Source of the DNA: Isurus oxyrinchus
Lineage: Eukaryota
NCBI GenBank assembly: GCA_026770705.1
Contig: JANJGN010000026.1
Location: 34,906,001 to 34,970,000, forward strand
Length of the DNA stretch: 64,000 nucleotides
Direction: 5' to 3'
In this document: positions 1 through 11,379 of the stretch, one piece after another
How the letters are laid out: each line of letters begins with the position of its first letter
Numbering within the stretch: position 1 is the stretch's first letter
Translations under genes and position numbers: made by a program
The notes under the pieces: generated by a model
The model's database searches: none
Seen by the model: only the letters and a program-made list of their open reading frames with translations
Told to the model about the DNA's origin: nothing

Positions 1-556
1 TAGGATTTATCTACAAGGAACTGAAATGAATAATAATCACACCTTCGAAAATTATACAACTTTGCTTCTCTCTCACAACTCAGTTTATACTTCTTTCCAT
101 ATTCCGAGCCTCATAGATAGCAACAGAAGTGTCAGAGTTAGTATATAATTCAGTGGTAAGCGAAATCTTCTTCAGCGCTGCGGATTGAAACCAGGACCGA
201 ATACATGAGCAACCGGATTGGAGTGGTCCTGAATGAATGTAAAAGGAAGTCGATAAACCTTAAACGTTTATATTAAACACGGGAAAAGGAAATGTGTGCA
301 ATTTTCAGAAAAGTCTGAAGACGAGTGGTCAGGAAAACTCAGGAAGGGAAAGGTGTCGAAAACCAAAAAGGAGAAATTAGGCATGGCAGGCCGATTTGTC
401 AATCTCATATCTATTAGAAATACAAATTGCAATCACAAACTAATGAGACAGTACAAGTGGACCTCACTAGTTGCTGTTATCAAGTGTTGTGTTTTATTGC
501 TATTTTCAGAATCTTCATGTCACTCTCACAGTGGAAACTGAATTACCGGTGTGTAT

Positions 557-569
557 GCGCCCTCTGGTG
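557..569 (-). promoter_or_regulatory. CTCF-motif-like site just downstream of V RSS
   Basis: Minus strand caccagagggcgc matches the CTCF core consensus; it lies ~25 nt beyond the nonamer. Confidence 0.6.
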
Positions 570-594
570 AGCACTGGCTGGAACTGCCAGTGAG

Positions 595-634
595 GGTTTT
601 TGTAAGGAACCCGCTATATCACTGCAGCAGTTTG
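595..634 (-). other. Degenerate V recombination signal (RSS): caaactg + 24-nt spacer + acaaaaacc
   Basis: Consensus nonamer at 595-603. The heptamer at 628-634 has lost the CAC. Confidence 0.7.
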
Positions 635-1174
635 GGGTCCATGGTACAGAAGTGCACGGCGGTATCGGGGATCAGTACGTTTGATAAAAATAACAAGATT
701 ACCGAGCAAACGATTAACGGATCGTTAGCTCGGTAATCTTGTTATTTTTATCAAACGTGGAAGGAAACCAATCATTGAGGTCGGTGTTCGTTTGCACATT
801 CCGACTAGTAAGACAAAACATGTACATTGGAGGATTCCCGGGGCGCTGACGGTACCAGTACACATTAGGGCTTAAATCACTTGTTTTCAAGGTGCAGGTC
901 ACTGTGACATTACTTTCTGCTTTTGCCGTTATTTTAGGAACCCGTTGTTCCACAGTGTGTTGGTAGCTCCATTCAAACAGAAATAATAATAACAGACAAT
1001 CAGCGCCAGCCTCCTATTGATCAACATAATCAGCAACACCGCCATCACTATTATTTTAACAACAATAACATCTAGGTTACAGCAGTCAGGAGGAGAATAG
1101 AGTTTTACTGGGAAGGGAATACTTACTGAGAAGAGATATGAAGATCAGGAGAGGAGCGAGATGGTTCCCCACAA
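635..1174 (-). pseudogene. TCR alpha/delta-type V segment pseudogene (leader ~1127-1174, V exon ~635-970)
   Basis: Minus frame HTVEQRVPKITAKAESNVTVTCTLKTSDLSPNVYWYRQRPG...KITELTIR, then ...DTAVHFCTMD after a 35-nt inverted insertion. The leader-like exon ends in gtaagt (1121-1126) but lacks ATG; the acceptor is degenerate. Confidence 0.85.
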
Positions 1175-1349
1175 TACTTCCTGAGTCTGTAACGCTGCAG
1201 TGCAAGAAATCCTCTGTCGGAGCAGAAATACAGACCCCGTCCCAATGCATTGCTGATCCAACCAATGAGAGGAATGGACCAGCGGCAGCAATCCCTCCAA
1301 TAACACAATCAGGTCAGTGCGGCAGCAGCAAACGGAAGCTGTGGGCAGG

Positions 1350-2170
1350 GATAAGCAGGCTCAATTTTGAGGGAAATGCGCGGTGACTCTCAGCTGCACC
1401 TGGAACTGGTGGAGCGGAAATAGCGACGGTTGGATTTCAGAAGTCTCTGACTACCCTCCGCCTGCTCACGGTCCAAGTGTCTGAGGTTATGACGAGAAGG
1501 AAAAGAGACTTTTAGTAGGTACCAGGGAAGCAAATCAGCAGAGGCATTACTGGAGGACAGACAGTGCAGGGTGGAGCTGAAGAAAGCAACTAGGAGAGCA
1601 AAGAGGGGATATGAGAAAGCATTGGCTGGTAAAAGTAGGGAAAATCCTAAGATATTCTACAAGTGTGTCAATGGGAAGAGGATAACCAGGGAAAGAGTAG
1701 GGCCCATAAGGGACGAAGGTGGCAATCAATGGGTGGAGCCAGAGGACATCGCTGAGAGTGTTGAATGAACACTTCACATCTGTCTTCACCCAAGAGAATG
1801 AGGATGAAGGTATGGAACTCAGGGAGTGAGACTGCGAGGTTCTTAAGAGCAAATTGATATAGGGAGTGACAAGGAATTGGAGGTGTTGGCGTGCTTAAAA
1901 GGGGACAAATCTCTAGGTCCGGATGATTTGTGAACAGAGGTAGAGAAATCTCTCGAATGAACAATAACTAAAGCTTAATATGACGGACTGTTCTTCCAGA
2001 CTGTTAACTCAGACAGACCAGAGGACATTCTTTGTCACTCCTGTAACAAAATGCAGAATTTGTCAACTCTGGGACTGGATGTAACATATGAAGTTTACAG
2101 CTACTTAAACATAGACTCACCGTATAACAAGACCATTGCTACCAGAAAGGAACGTGGAGAGTATCTGATT
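1350..2170 (-). pseudogene. Highly decayed V segment interrupted by a LINE fragment
   Basis: Leader-like exon (..RSFLVAMVLLY|gtgagt, 2121-~2170). Acceptor cag at 2041-2043, then GVTKNVLWSV*VNSLEEQSVILSFSY. Possible FR3 remnant VQLRVTA near 1380-1400. Confidence 0.4.
1490..1930 (+). mobile_element. CR1-type LINE ORF2 fragment
   Basis: ELKKATRRAKRGYEKALAGKSRENPKIFYK...DKSLGPD; homologous to the LINE at 18.7-21.0 kb. Confidence 0.85.
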
Positions 2171-2457
2171 TCGATTTCGACAGAAATTAACTAAACTTAG
2201 AAAGTTAGTTGATATTCTTGCCCTGATATTAAAGAGTAATCACGGATCAGGGGCAGGAGTCACTTATTGAGATGCTGTGGGGGAATGTTAATGAAAACCC
2301 AGCTCTCTGATAACGGCACAGGCGACAAAATGTCATAAGAGGCTCCGCTTTGCCAGCCGCTGGCAATTTAAAACATTGAAATGTGAACTGATCACCGATC
2401 CAGATGGTTTTCCAGACAAGCGATCCAGCTGGAATTTCAGAACCAATATTCTGAAAT

Positions 2458-2884
2458 ATGATCCATCCAATTGGGATATTCACCGTTTTCTTTCCACAGG
2501 GCTGTTCTGACTTAAGGAAACTCGGTTGGAAAATTACGCTTGTTTGGCATGTTTAGCTTGCATTCACTGGGCTCTGTGGTAGGACTGGATATCCCTAAGC
2601 GAACAGGGGAGCAAGAGCTGGTGGAGCCAGAGGTTCAAATCCAGCTACCAGGCACAATGACTGGATTCGGTGGTACCAGAAATTATCACTCTCGACAGCA
2701 GAATTTATAATCTCCCTCTATCAGGGCAGAGCAACCAAGGAGAGCGGACGGTTTGGAAAGTGTCTTGACAGGAAAAAGGTTATAATGCTGTTTGTGGGAA
2801 GAAAATGGTGGCTTCACACACAAGGGTGCATGGCTGCGGGAGGATACACATTGTGGAAACGGTTACCAATCCGGTACACCAACT
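2458..2884 (+). pseudogene. Decayed V-segment remnant with RSS-like 3' end
   Basis: Frame NDWIRWYQKL...EFIISLYQG...SGRF...HTRVHGCGR (D-x-x-x-Y-x-C-like), followed by cacattg (2847-2853) + 22 nt + acaccaact. Confidence 0.4.
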
Positions 2885-3069
2885 CGCATTCTTCTCAATC
2901 GTCGAGTTAATTACTTTCATCCTCACCATCTCGAGTATCACTTTGTCAGTACAACAAATGAGAATTGTCGTATTGTCTTATAGTGTCATCTGACAAAGAT
3001 CTGAAACGTTAATGGTTCTGATGTTGTGGGTAGACACATTTGTAGGAGCGCGAAAGGATCTGGGATTAT

Positions 3070-4537
3070 CCAGCAATCGTGATTTCACCAGGTGGTAAAG
3101 GTGTGTGTGTGTATATGTGTGTGTGTGTGTAATTCCGGCAGTGTCCAGCAGNNNNNNNNNNNNNNNNNNNNNNNNNNNNNNNNNNNNNNNNNNNNNNNNN
3201 NNNNNNNNNNNNNNNNNNNNNNNNNNNNNNNNNNNNNNNNNNNNNNNNNNNNNNNNNNNNNNNNNNNNNNNNNNNNNNNATTTTGACAGTGTTCAGCAGA
3301 AGGTAAATTAGTGAAGGTGTGTGGGAAAACCAGGGATGCATTGTGGATTGATATTATATTTCTGCTGTTTAGCTGTATACTTCTGGGATTTAGCTCCCTT
3401 GTTACACAATGGCCTAGTGAACCTGATGACTGTTGAAAATAACGTGTTAATCAATACCTCTGGAACCAGTTGCTCCTACTGAACTAGTCACCAGTTATCT
3501 CCAACGTTAAGTTTAAAGATCAGAAGTGTATGTGAGGAAATTAATCTCTATTGACAAACGGGTAAGTTTGTATTATTGCAGTGAATGAAGTTAGTTAAAA
3601 AGAACCCATTGCTGTGAGTTTGTTTATGTTTTGTGTGAAATCACCAGATTCAACATTTCAAATCAAGAATGAAACACAAGTTGATATCTGCAGGGGAAAG
3701 TTAGCGGTTTCTGTTTGCCTTTCACTCCATCGATCTCCTCTATCAATACACTGAATGGTTGCAGAATGGTATCTGCAAGATGCACTGCAGGAACTCACCA
3801 AGTCTCCTTTGACAGCACCTTCCAAACCCCCGGCCACTATCATCTAGAAGGACAAGGGCAGTAGATGGATGGGAACACCACCAGCTGGACGTTCCCCTCC
3901 AAGTCACTCACTATCCTGACTTGCAAATATACTGCCGTTCCTTCACTTTTGCTGGGTCAAAATCTTGCATCTCCCTCCCTAACAGCCCTGTGGGTGTACA
4001 CTGCTGCAATGAAAATTTCAATTTTTTGAATGAGTCTCTAGCAGCAATATGAGGGAAATTGCGCGCTCAAAATTTCTGAAATTTAACCAAAAATATCAGC
4101 AACATCTTCTGTGACCACCTAATGTGGCTATTTGAATGCATATGTGTGTTTGCGCTTGTGTGTTTATCTGTATGTATATGTGCGGTGCTCCGATGTTGTC
4201 CAGCAGATTACTCAATAGCGATTATGTTTCCCAGCTACTGGAAGAGTTTTTTATTCATTCATGGGATGTGGGCGACGCTGGTTGGGCCAGCATTTCTTGC
4301 CCATCTTTTATTGCCCTTGAGAAGGTGGTGGTGAGCTGCCTTCTTAAACAGCTGCCGACAGTGCTGGTGGGGAGGGGGTTCCAGGATTTTGACCCAGCGA
4401 CAGTGATGGAACGGCCATATATTTCCAGGTCAGGATGGTGTGATGCTTGGAGGGTAACTTCCAGAAGGTGTTGTGTGTTTGTGTGATTATGACAGTATCC
4501 AGCAGAGGGTAGCTTGCTAAAGGTCTGCTTGTGTGTT

Positions 4538-4608
<71 letters not shown>

Positions 4609-4915
4609 CTGTATATGTGTATGTGCGTGATTATAGCAGTGTTCAGCAGATGGTAGATTGCTGCAGAGGTGTGTGTTTGTGTCTGTGTGTGTGAGGTTAT
4701 GACGGTGTCCAGCAGAGGGTAAGGTGCCAAAGGTGTGTGTGTGTGTGTGTGTATGTGTGCGTGCATGTGTGATTATGGCAGTGTCCAGCAGAGTGTAGGT
4801 TGCTAAAGGGGTGTCTGTATGTGAATATGTGTGTGAATGTGGATGTGTCTGTGTGTGTGCATGTGTGTGTGTGTGCGTGTGTGCGTGTGATACTGAAAGT
4901 GTCCAGCAGAGCAGC
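3070..4915 (+). repeat. Minisatellite: (GT)n tracts alternating with gacagtgtccagcagagggtag core; interrupted by LINE/SINE pieces and an assembly gap (N 3152-3279)
   Basis: Repeated core at e.g. 4499, 4644, 4709, 4785; the same unit occurs at ~7490 and 23300-23620. Confidence 0.85.
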
Positions 4916-6045
4916 AAACTGCGATGTCGAATTGAAGGGCCGCATCAATATTAAGGGAACCGTTTCGTTTTCTTTGTGTAAAACAGCAGATGCTATAACT
5001 GGGACTTAGCGAACATTTACTCCATCACCGAGCTCCATGACCCAGTGAACACCTCAGAGCTTCCACCGATATTGGAGGTGGCAAAACAGAATTGGCGGAG
5101 GTTGCCAAGTAATTGCAGTGCAGTGATATCCAGGGCAACATTCAACCTCTTCATTCTGAAAGAGGTTCCGAACCTGAATCTTCACCATTTCTTCCTGAAA
5201 GGCAAAGGCAGAATATTTCAAACGTAAGGGAGTAACCCTGGAAAACAGGCTGACTCTTCAAACCTCGCTTCACTGTGCAATTTGAGTTCTCTAAATAATT
5301 TGGAAATAAAAGTCTAATGATGCCTACGGAACCATTGCCGATTGTCGGTAATAAACCCATCTCATTCACTAATGTCCTTTGGGGGCGTAAATCTGCCGTC
5401 CTTACCCGTTCTGGCCTACATGTGACTCCAGGCCCACATGAATGTGATTGACTCTTAAACGCCCTTTAGCAAGGGCAATTGGAGCAGGGCAATAAATGCT
5501 GGCCTAAAAGCGACACCCATATCCCATGAATGAATCAAAGCAAATGTTTAGAAGATCCATTTTCTTCCAGTCTCTCGGTGCAAAGATTTTCTACGTGCAG
5601 TGCCCGATAAACAGTAGGCGTTCGAATTGATAAAAGGTAATCACCACAGCTCAGAGACAGGTTAAACATAGCAGTTCAAATCGCTCATGAAACGCTGAGA
5701 ATCACAAATGCTTAGAAATAAAAGAACAGAGCATTCTGGAAAAAATAAAGTTTAGCCGGATAGGATGCCTCTCAGTGGAGAGAAAATCTGAGCTAACGTT
5801 TCTGATCGGGTGACTTTTTATCCGAACTGAAAAATCTGGAAGTGAAATAAGTTCTGTTCAATCGTTTGGCAGGACAAGGTTTCATTGTACGGGATCCGGT
5901 TAATCTCTGTAGCAGTGTAGGGTTCATGGTGGAAAGGTACACCAGTGGCAGAGGGAAGTTCCCAGCGATATTTAAAACAATCCTTGTGATTTCCTTTAGC
6001 AAAGCAACAGATACCTTTCCGGAGTCACAGGGACCAGGCAATAGA
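4915..6045 (+). repeat. Segmental duplication, copy A (paralog 23759-24886)
   Basis: Collinear, clearly alignable sequence (gaattgaagggccgcatcaata... vs gaattgaagggccacatcaata...), including a shared SINE piece and the preceding minisatellite. Confidence 0.9.
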
Positions 6046-6212
6046 ACGGGTGCCCTCAAATATATGACTGTCCTTTTACAGAGCGGACAGTTCCAATGCG
6101 AGCTTTGGAATGGGTGCCTTCACTTGAGTCACGTCATCAAATTGTTGAGGGCGGGGTTTAGAATGGGTGCCTTCAAATATGCAAGTGCCCTTTGAGTGAG
6201 CGGGCAGCGACA

Positions 6213-6678
6213 ATGCAGCTGCTCAGCACCTTGGTTGTGCGGGGGAGTATTTATCACAGGTAATTGTGAACTGAACATCAAGTCATCTTTTCTCCCGTTT
6301 CCTAGCCAAGGTTCAGGGTCATGTTTAATCAGCCACGGTTCATATCTTGCCCGCTCTTATTTTGTTTCCAGATCTAAGTGATGGTGATTCAGTCACTCAG
6401 CCGCTGTCCACACGTGTTAAGGCAGAGGGAGAAGGAGTGACACGGAGCTGTAGCTACGATTCTACAGCGAGCAGCTTTAGTCTATTCTGGTACCGACAAC
6501 ACGCAAGACACAGCCCGAGTATATGGTCAGGAAGGATAGTGACGGTGATGAATTTAAAGCAGATTTTGCTAAACTCGCTTGTCTTCGGGTCTCCAGACCT
6601 TCAAGAAAGTCATCTGTTTATCCATCTCGGGTTTGCAGCGGACTGACGCTGCCGTGTAATACTGCGCTTTCATGGACT
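6213..6678 (+). pseudogene. TCR alpha/delta V pseudogene (leader 6213-6259, V exon 6372-6678), paralog of the intact V at 15306
   Basis: GDSVTQPLSTRVKAEGEGVTRSCSYDSTASSFSLFWYRQH, then frameshifts. The leader is 47 nt versus 46 nt in the paralog. Confidence 0.92.
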
Positions 6679-6717
6679 CACAGTGACGGAATGCAGCCTT
6701 ACTCCTGTACAAAATTG
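6679..6717 (+). other. 23-RSS cacagtg-23-acaaaattg
   Basis: Perfect heptamer, exact 23-nt spacer. Confidence 0.9.
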
Positions 6718-8139
6718 CGACTGAACTGCGGAGTGGGATTCACTGACTGTTGAGCATTGTGGTGAATCTCAGGCACATTTAGCCTCTCAAAAACACACTG
6801 GAAGGAAACCAAATGAACCTCGGAACAAACTGTCACCCAACAGTTTTCTAAGAGAGGCTGAGAAAATAAACCTTCAGCTTCTCAACGGGCAGAGAGACAT
6901 AGAAGAGAATCCTATTGGATGGGAGCCATTCAGATCCCTTCCCTCACTGACCTGCTGCCGTGTGAGAACTGTCGATGCTGAGCTGCATGTCAGTGAACGG
7001 AAACACCCCAAGCTCGGCTACTCTCAATGCCCTGAGCGGAGTAATGGCTTTGCTGTTCGAGATCCGGGTGGAAGTGGGAACGCCAGGCCCAGTGCTGATC
7101 AACAGGAAAGCAAGTTTAATGGAGATGAAAACTGTTCCAACGTTATGAAGACTTGCTTGGGTTTGTTTTAACGACCATAGTCACTAACTTGCAAGATCTT
7201 CTGCCTGTGTAAAAAGTACTCTGATCCAGTGTCAGGAATATAAAATAATTTTCGTAATGTTATTAGAAATTATTGTTAAGTTGAGTAACAGTGGGGTCTG
7301 GGGTCTGTGCGTGAATTAATTCAATTAAAGGCAGATGGTCTGAAGACTTTGATGTATTGGAAGATAAGCTCGGTTTGAAAAGTGAACGTTTCAGTGGGTG
7401 TTTTCGAATGTGTGCGTTTGTGTGTGCGGGAGCTGTGTGTGTGTATCTGTGTGCGTCTATCTGTGTTTGCGAGTGTGTGTGTGATTCCGGCAGTGTCCAG
7501 CAGAGGGTAGATTTCAAAAGGTGCGTGTGCGTTTGTGCATGCGCGCAGTCGGCCGCTGAGACACACAAAGTGATAGGAAATCAAATTAATCTCGGATCAA
7601 ACTGTCAGCCAACTGTTTCTCGCAGCGGCCGAGAATATCAAACAGACTGCAGAATCCGATTGGACAGATTGACATGGAAGTGAATCATACCTGAAGAAAT
7701 CCTGTCCAATCCACATTGGTTGTTCACCTGTAAATCAGGGTTAATGGGGGAGGGAGACATTCTAGAGTGAGGAACACATCCTCAAACAGAATACACATTA
7801 GGGGCGCTCTTCCTTCACTGCCCCGTTCCTTCTTTGCCGCTGTCTCAGAATACTGGATCTTTCTCCCTAACAGCGCCGTGGGTGTACACCGCAGCAATAA
7901 AAACAACAAACTCATGAATGAGTCTCTGGTGGCGATTGAGGTAAGTTGCGCTTTCGCAGCTTCTGCAATCAAAGAAAAAAATTAGCAACATCTATTCCTG
8001 GCCACCGAGCGTGGCTATTTGAATATATATGCATGTGTGCCATTGTGTGTTCCGATGCTATCCAGTGGAGGGCGCTCGCTGATCACTTGACAGCGATATT
8101 TTTGCTCAACTGCAGAAAGAGTTTTTCTCATTGATCTGC

Positions 8140-8620
8140 CAGCTGCGGGCTGCACTGGCTGGGCCAACATTTATTGCCCATCCCTAGTTGCCTTTGAGGA
8201 GATGCTGGTGAGCTGCCTTCTTAAACGCTGCAGCCCATGTGGTGTAAGTGCATCCACAATGCTGTTAGCGAGGGAGTTCCAGGATTTTGACCCAGTGACA
8301 GTAATGCAATGATTATATATTTCCAAATCAGGATTGTGAGGTATTTGGAGGGGAACATCTAGGTGGTGGTGTTCTCATCTATCTGCTGCCCTTGTCCTTC
8401 TAGATGGTAGTGGTCGTGGTTTTGGATGGTCCTGTCGAAGGAACCTTTGCGAATTCCTGCAGTGCATCTTATAGATGGTACTTCCTGCTATTGCTGTGCG
8501 TCGGTGGTGGAGGTAATGAATGTTTGTGGTGTGGTGCCAGTCAAGTGAGCTGCTTTGTCCTTGATGGTGTTGAGCTTCTAGAGTGTTGTGGGAGCTGTGG
8601 GAGCTGTAATCATCCAGGCA
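8140..8620 (-). mobile_element. Shark LINE 3' fragment (HSLHHRRT.A..TIYKMHC family)
   Basis: Minus frame NIHYLHHRRTAIAGSTIYKMHCRNSQRFLRQ; the same family occurs at 3770-4000, 4255-4470, 11380-12500, 16170-16530, 16835-17010 and 48410-48710. Confidence 0.75.
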
Positions 8621-9398
8621 AATGGAGAATGTTCCGTCACAATCAAGCGAATATTTGGAGAACGGGCCCATATTCCCAATCGGGATGTTACCAACATTGT
8701 CAAAGAATTGGCACCTGGGTACCACAAACGGACAAACTGTGTGTTTGAATGATTATAATATCTTCCATTGTCGCAGGAGTATTTGACATAAGCGCAGAAG
8801 GAATGTAAAAAAGAAACCACGGGCCACACTTACTCTGAAGAGCGGACATTATTCACTCTGCTCAATTTCCCCCCTTATTGGCGATGAGAAAGATTATTTC
8901 TTCTTAGTGTGGTACGTTCAAGCTAGATCAGAACGGTCTATGATAAATGCGCTGCTATGTGCAGTTAACTATAGAACTAAGAGAGATGGATAACTGCATC
9001 GTTCACTGGTTACAGTGAATCCTCCAGTAAGATTTCCTCTCGCCCCGTCTAAGCTGCCATTAATGTGTTCTTTGTGATAAAATGTTCCAAGAAAGTAAGG
9101 ATCTTATATTTTTCCAGGAATTAATGACCTGAAGAACCTTCATTAAACCATTTCAGATGTTGCTACATAGACAGGAATTGGAGCAATCCCTCCTTTTACC
9201 TAATGCTCTGATATTGTCACAAATGGAGAGGCCATGTGCAGAGTCCCTCTCAGCTCTTTATATTTGATGTTCCGCAGGAAGTGACATCGGACCAATCCCG
9301 ACTCTTTCCCATAGGAAGGTGACATTAGTGCTTTTTGATTGGATATTGAGCAGCTCCCTGAGACACAGAAAAGACCCTGGGATTCTGAAGCAGCAGCA

Positions 9399-10450
9399 AT
9401 GTGGCTCTCTCTTAACGCTGGGATCTGGGGGCCATTCATTGGCGTTAAGAGGATGAAACATTTTTAGAAAGTAACATTAATTTCAGGATGAATCAACGTG
9501 AAAAGCAGAGAGCTGGTGTTATCCTTTCAACAGCCCGCTGTTGGACCACATTTGCAGTTTCACCAAAAGCAAATAGAAGATCAGGAGAAACTTAGGGGGA
9601 AAGTATTTACCAAGACGAGAACAGAATTGAGAGACAACATCGATGAGGAATAATTGGAGATGGTAGGGTTCTTCTCCACAGTTAAGTCAGGACTGAGGGA
9701 CTAGCTGACAGAGATCCGTAAATAGATGAAAGAGGTTGATAGGGTTGAAATGGAAAACTTTCCACATGTCATGGATTATAGAGCTACGGGGCACAAACAC
9801 AAGAGTGCGAAAAAATATCCAATGGAGTTTTCAGGAGAGGGTTTGCACCCACGGAATGGTTAGAATGTTCACTTCACCTTCACAAAGAGGATTTCGGGTG
9901 AACAGTGTCCCTGATATAATTGGACAGGTGATGGGAGAATGAAGAGGAGGATATGATAGTAGAGTTAATGAGGAGTGATGGAAGGTGATGCTGGCGATTG
10001 TAAACACCCGCAGGCACTACTTGCGCCCAATAACCTTTTCTATCGCCCCAATGATATCTCCGTCTAAGTAAAACTCTCTGTGAATTATTGCCGTCAGTTC
10101 AGTTGAAGTTTTAATCGCTGATTTCCGCTTTCTTTAACCGTGTGTTCCAGATCCGAGCAATTGGGATTCTGTTACTCAGCGGGAATCCTCACTCACACAG
10201 ACAGAGGGAGAAGGTATCACTTTAACCTGCACCTATACTGGCACTGGATATTACTTATTCTGATACCGTCAGTACCCCGGAAAACAGCCCGAGAATGGAG
10301 TCCAGATATACACGGAAGTGCGGAATATAAGGTGAATTTCGCTCAGAGCCGGTTTTCTGATACAACCCAGCAGTCAGACAAGTTGTACCGATTGACCATC
10401 CCGGAGCTGTGGCTGTCTGACACCGCGGTCTATTACTGTGCACAGAGTCT
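9399..10450 (+). pseudogene. TCR alpha/delta V pseudogene (leader 9399-9444, V exon 10151-10450)
   Basis: Leader MWLSLNAGIWGPFIG with donor mutated to TT. V reads DSVTQRESSLTQTEGEGITLTCTYTGTGYYLF*YRQYPG, then a frameshift, then RFSDTTQQSDKLYRLTIPELWLSDTAVYYCAQS. TGA replaces the conserved Trp (10261). Confidence 0.92.
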
Positions 10451-10489
10451 CACAGTGAAGGGAACGAGTGCAAACCTCGTACAATAAGT
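10451..10489 (+). other. 23-RSS cacagtg-23-acaataagt
   Basis: Perfect heptamer, exact spacer. Confidence 0.9.
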
Positions 10490-11379
10490 GCTGCAGCTTT
10501 CTGGGTCAAAGCTGCTGTCTGCTGAGTGTTGTTTTTCACAGACATGACACGTGAAAGCAATCCTGTGGGCAAAAAGAACAAGCACAATCCACATATACAG
10601 CAGCTGCAATCTTTCCGTTTGAATGCTGACCCTCTTCCTGTTGATTGTTGTGGAGGCTGAATTGGCTGCTCGCCAGTTCCCATTTGCCAGAACAATCTCC
10701 AACCCCTTTCCTGAAACCAGTTCTACCAGTTTACCGCTGCTTCAGGGACAGCTCGTGGCAAGGGGACAAGGAATCATTGTGCTAAAAGATTAGTCTGCAG
10801 CGTAAACAGAAGTATGCCAAGGGGAGAAGGGCATGATAATTATATGAACCTCATTAAATGTTCCGAAATGTTAAAGACATTTGAACATATTAATACAAAT
10901 CATGTACAATATAAGCCGCCCCTGTGGGTTTGCTGCCATCTGGCGGGAGAAATCAGAATTGTTCCTGTCATTGTTTCCTTCAGTTCAGAGGGCCGGTGTT
11001 TCGGAATTATGCGCCGAAGACAATCGAAAGACCACACAGGCGCCGGGGGCGATAAACATAACCACCATCCAATTACGTTCACGTTGAGCACTGGCTGTCT
11101 CTCTCTCTAATGATTGCATTAAGGCAATGACGGCAGAATTGGCGGCTCGTCATTACCGTTAAAAAAACAAACTCCCACCCGCTTTACTGGAACGAGCTCT
11201 GTCGGTTTCCGGCTCCTTCAGACAAAGCTGTAATAATTGGTTTTATATACCAGCCTGCAGGGGAAGCAGGAGTCCGCTAGCTGGAAACGATCGTAATAAT
11301 TATGAGCCTGATTAAATATTCCGCGATGTTAAAGACGTTTGACATCATTCAATGATTGTATTCTTTTTCGATACATGTA

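Noticed and set aside
1-520. Possible minus-strand leader (~470-519) and exon below acceptor at ~229 (V or TM remnant)
   Set aside because: No frame gives recognisable Ig or TCR TM motifs.
604-626. Alternative RSS reading tgcagtg + 16-nt spacer
   Set aside because: Homology with 44586-44625 shows the tgcagtg is part of a 24-nt spacer.
4470-4915. Repeat-spacer pattern superficially like CRISPR
   Set aside because: Eukaryotic context; the spacers are (GT)n tracts, not unique sequence.
4255-4948. Long His/Thr- or Cys/Val-rich ORFs
   Set aside because: Translations of (GT)n minisatellite; same at 63.3-64.0 kb.
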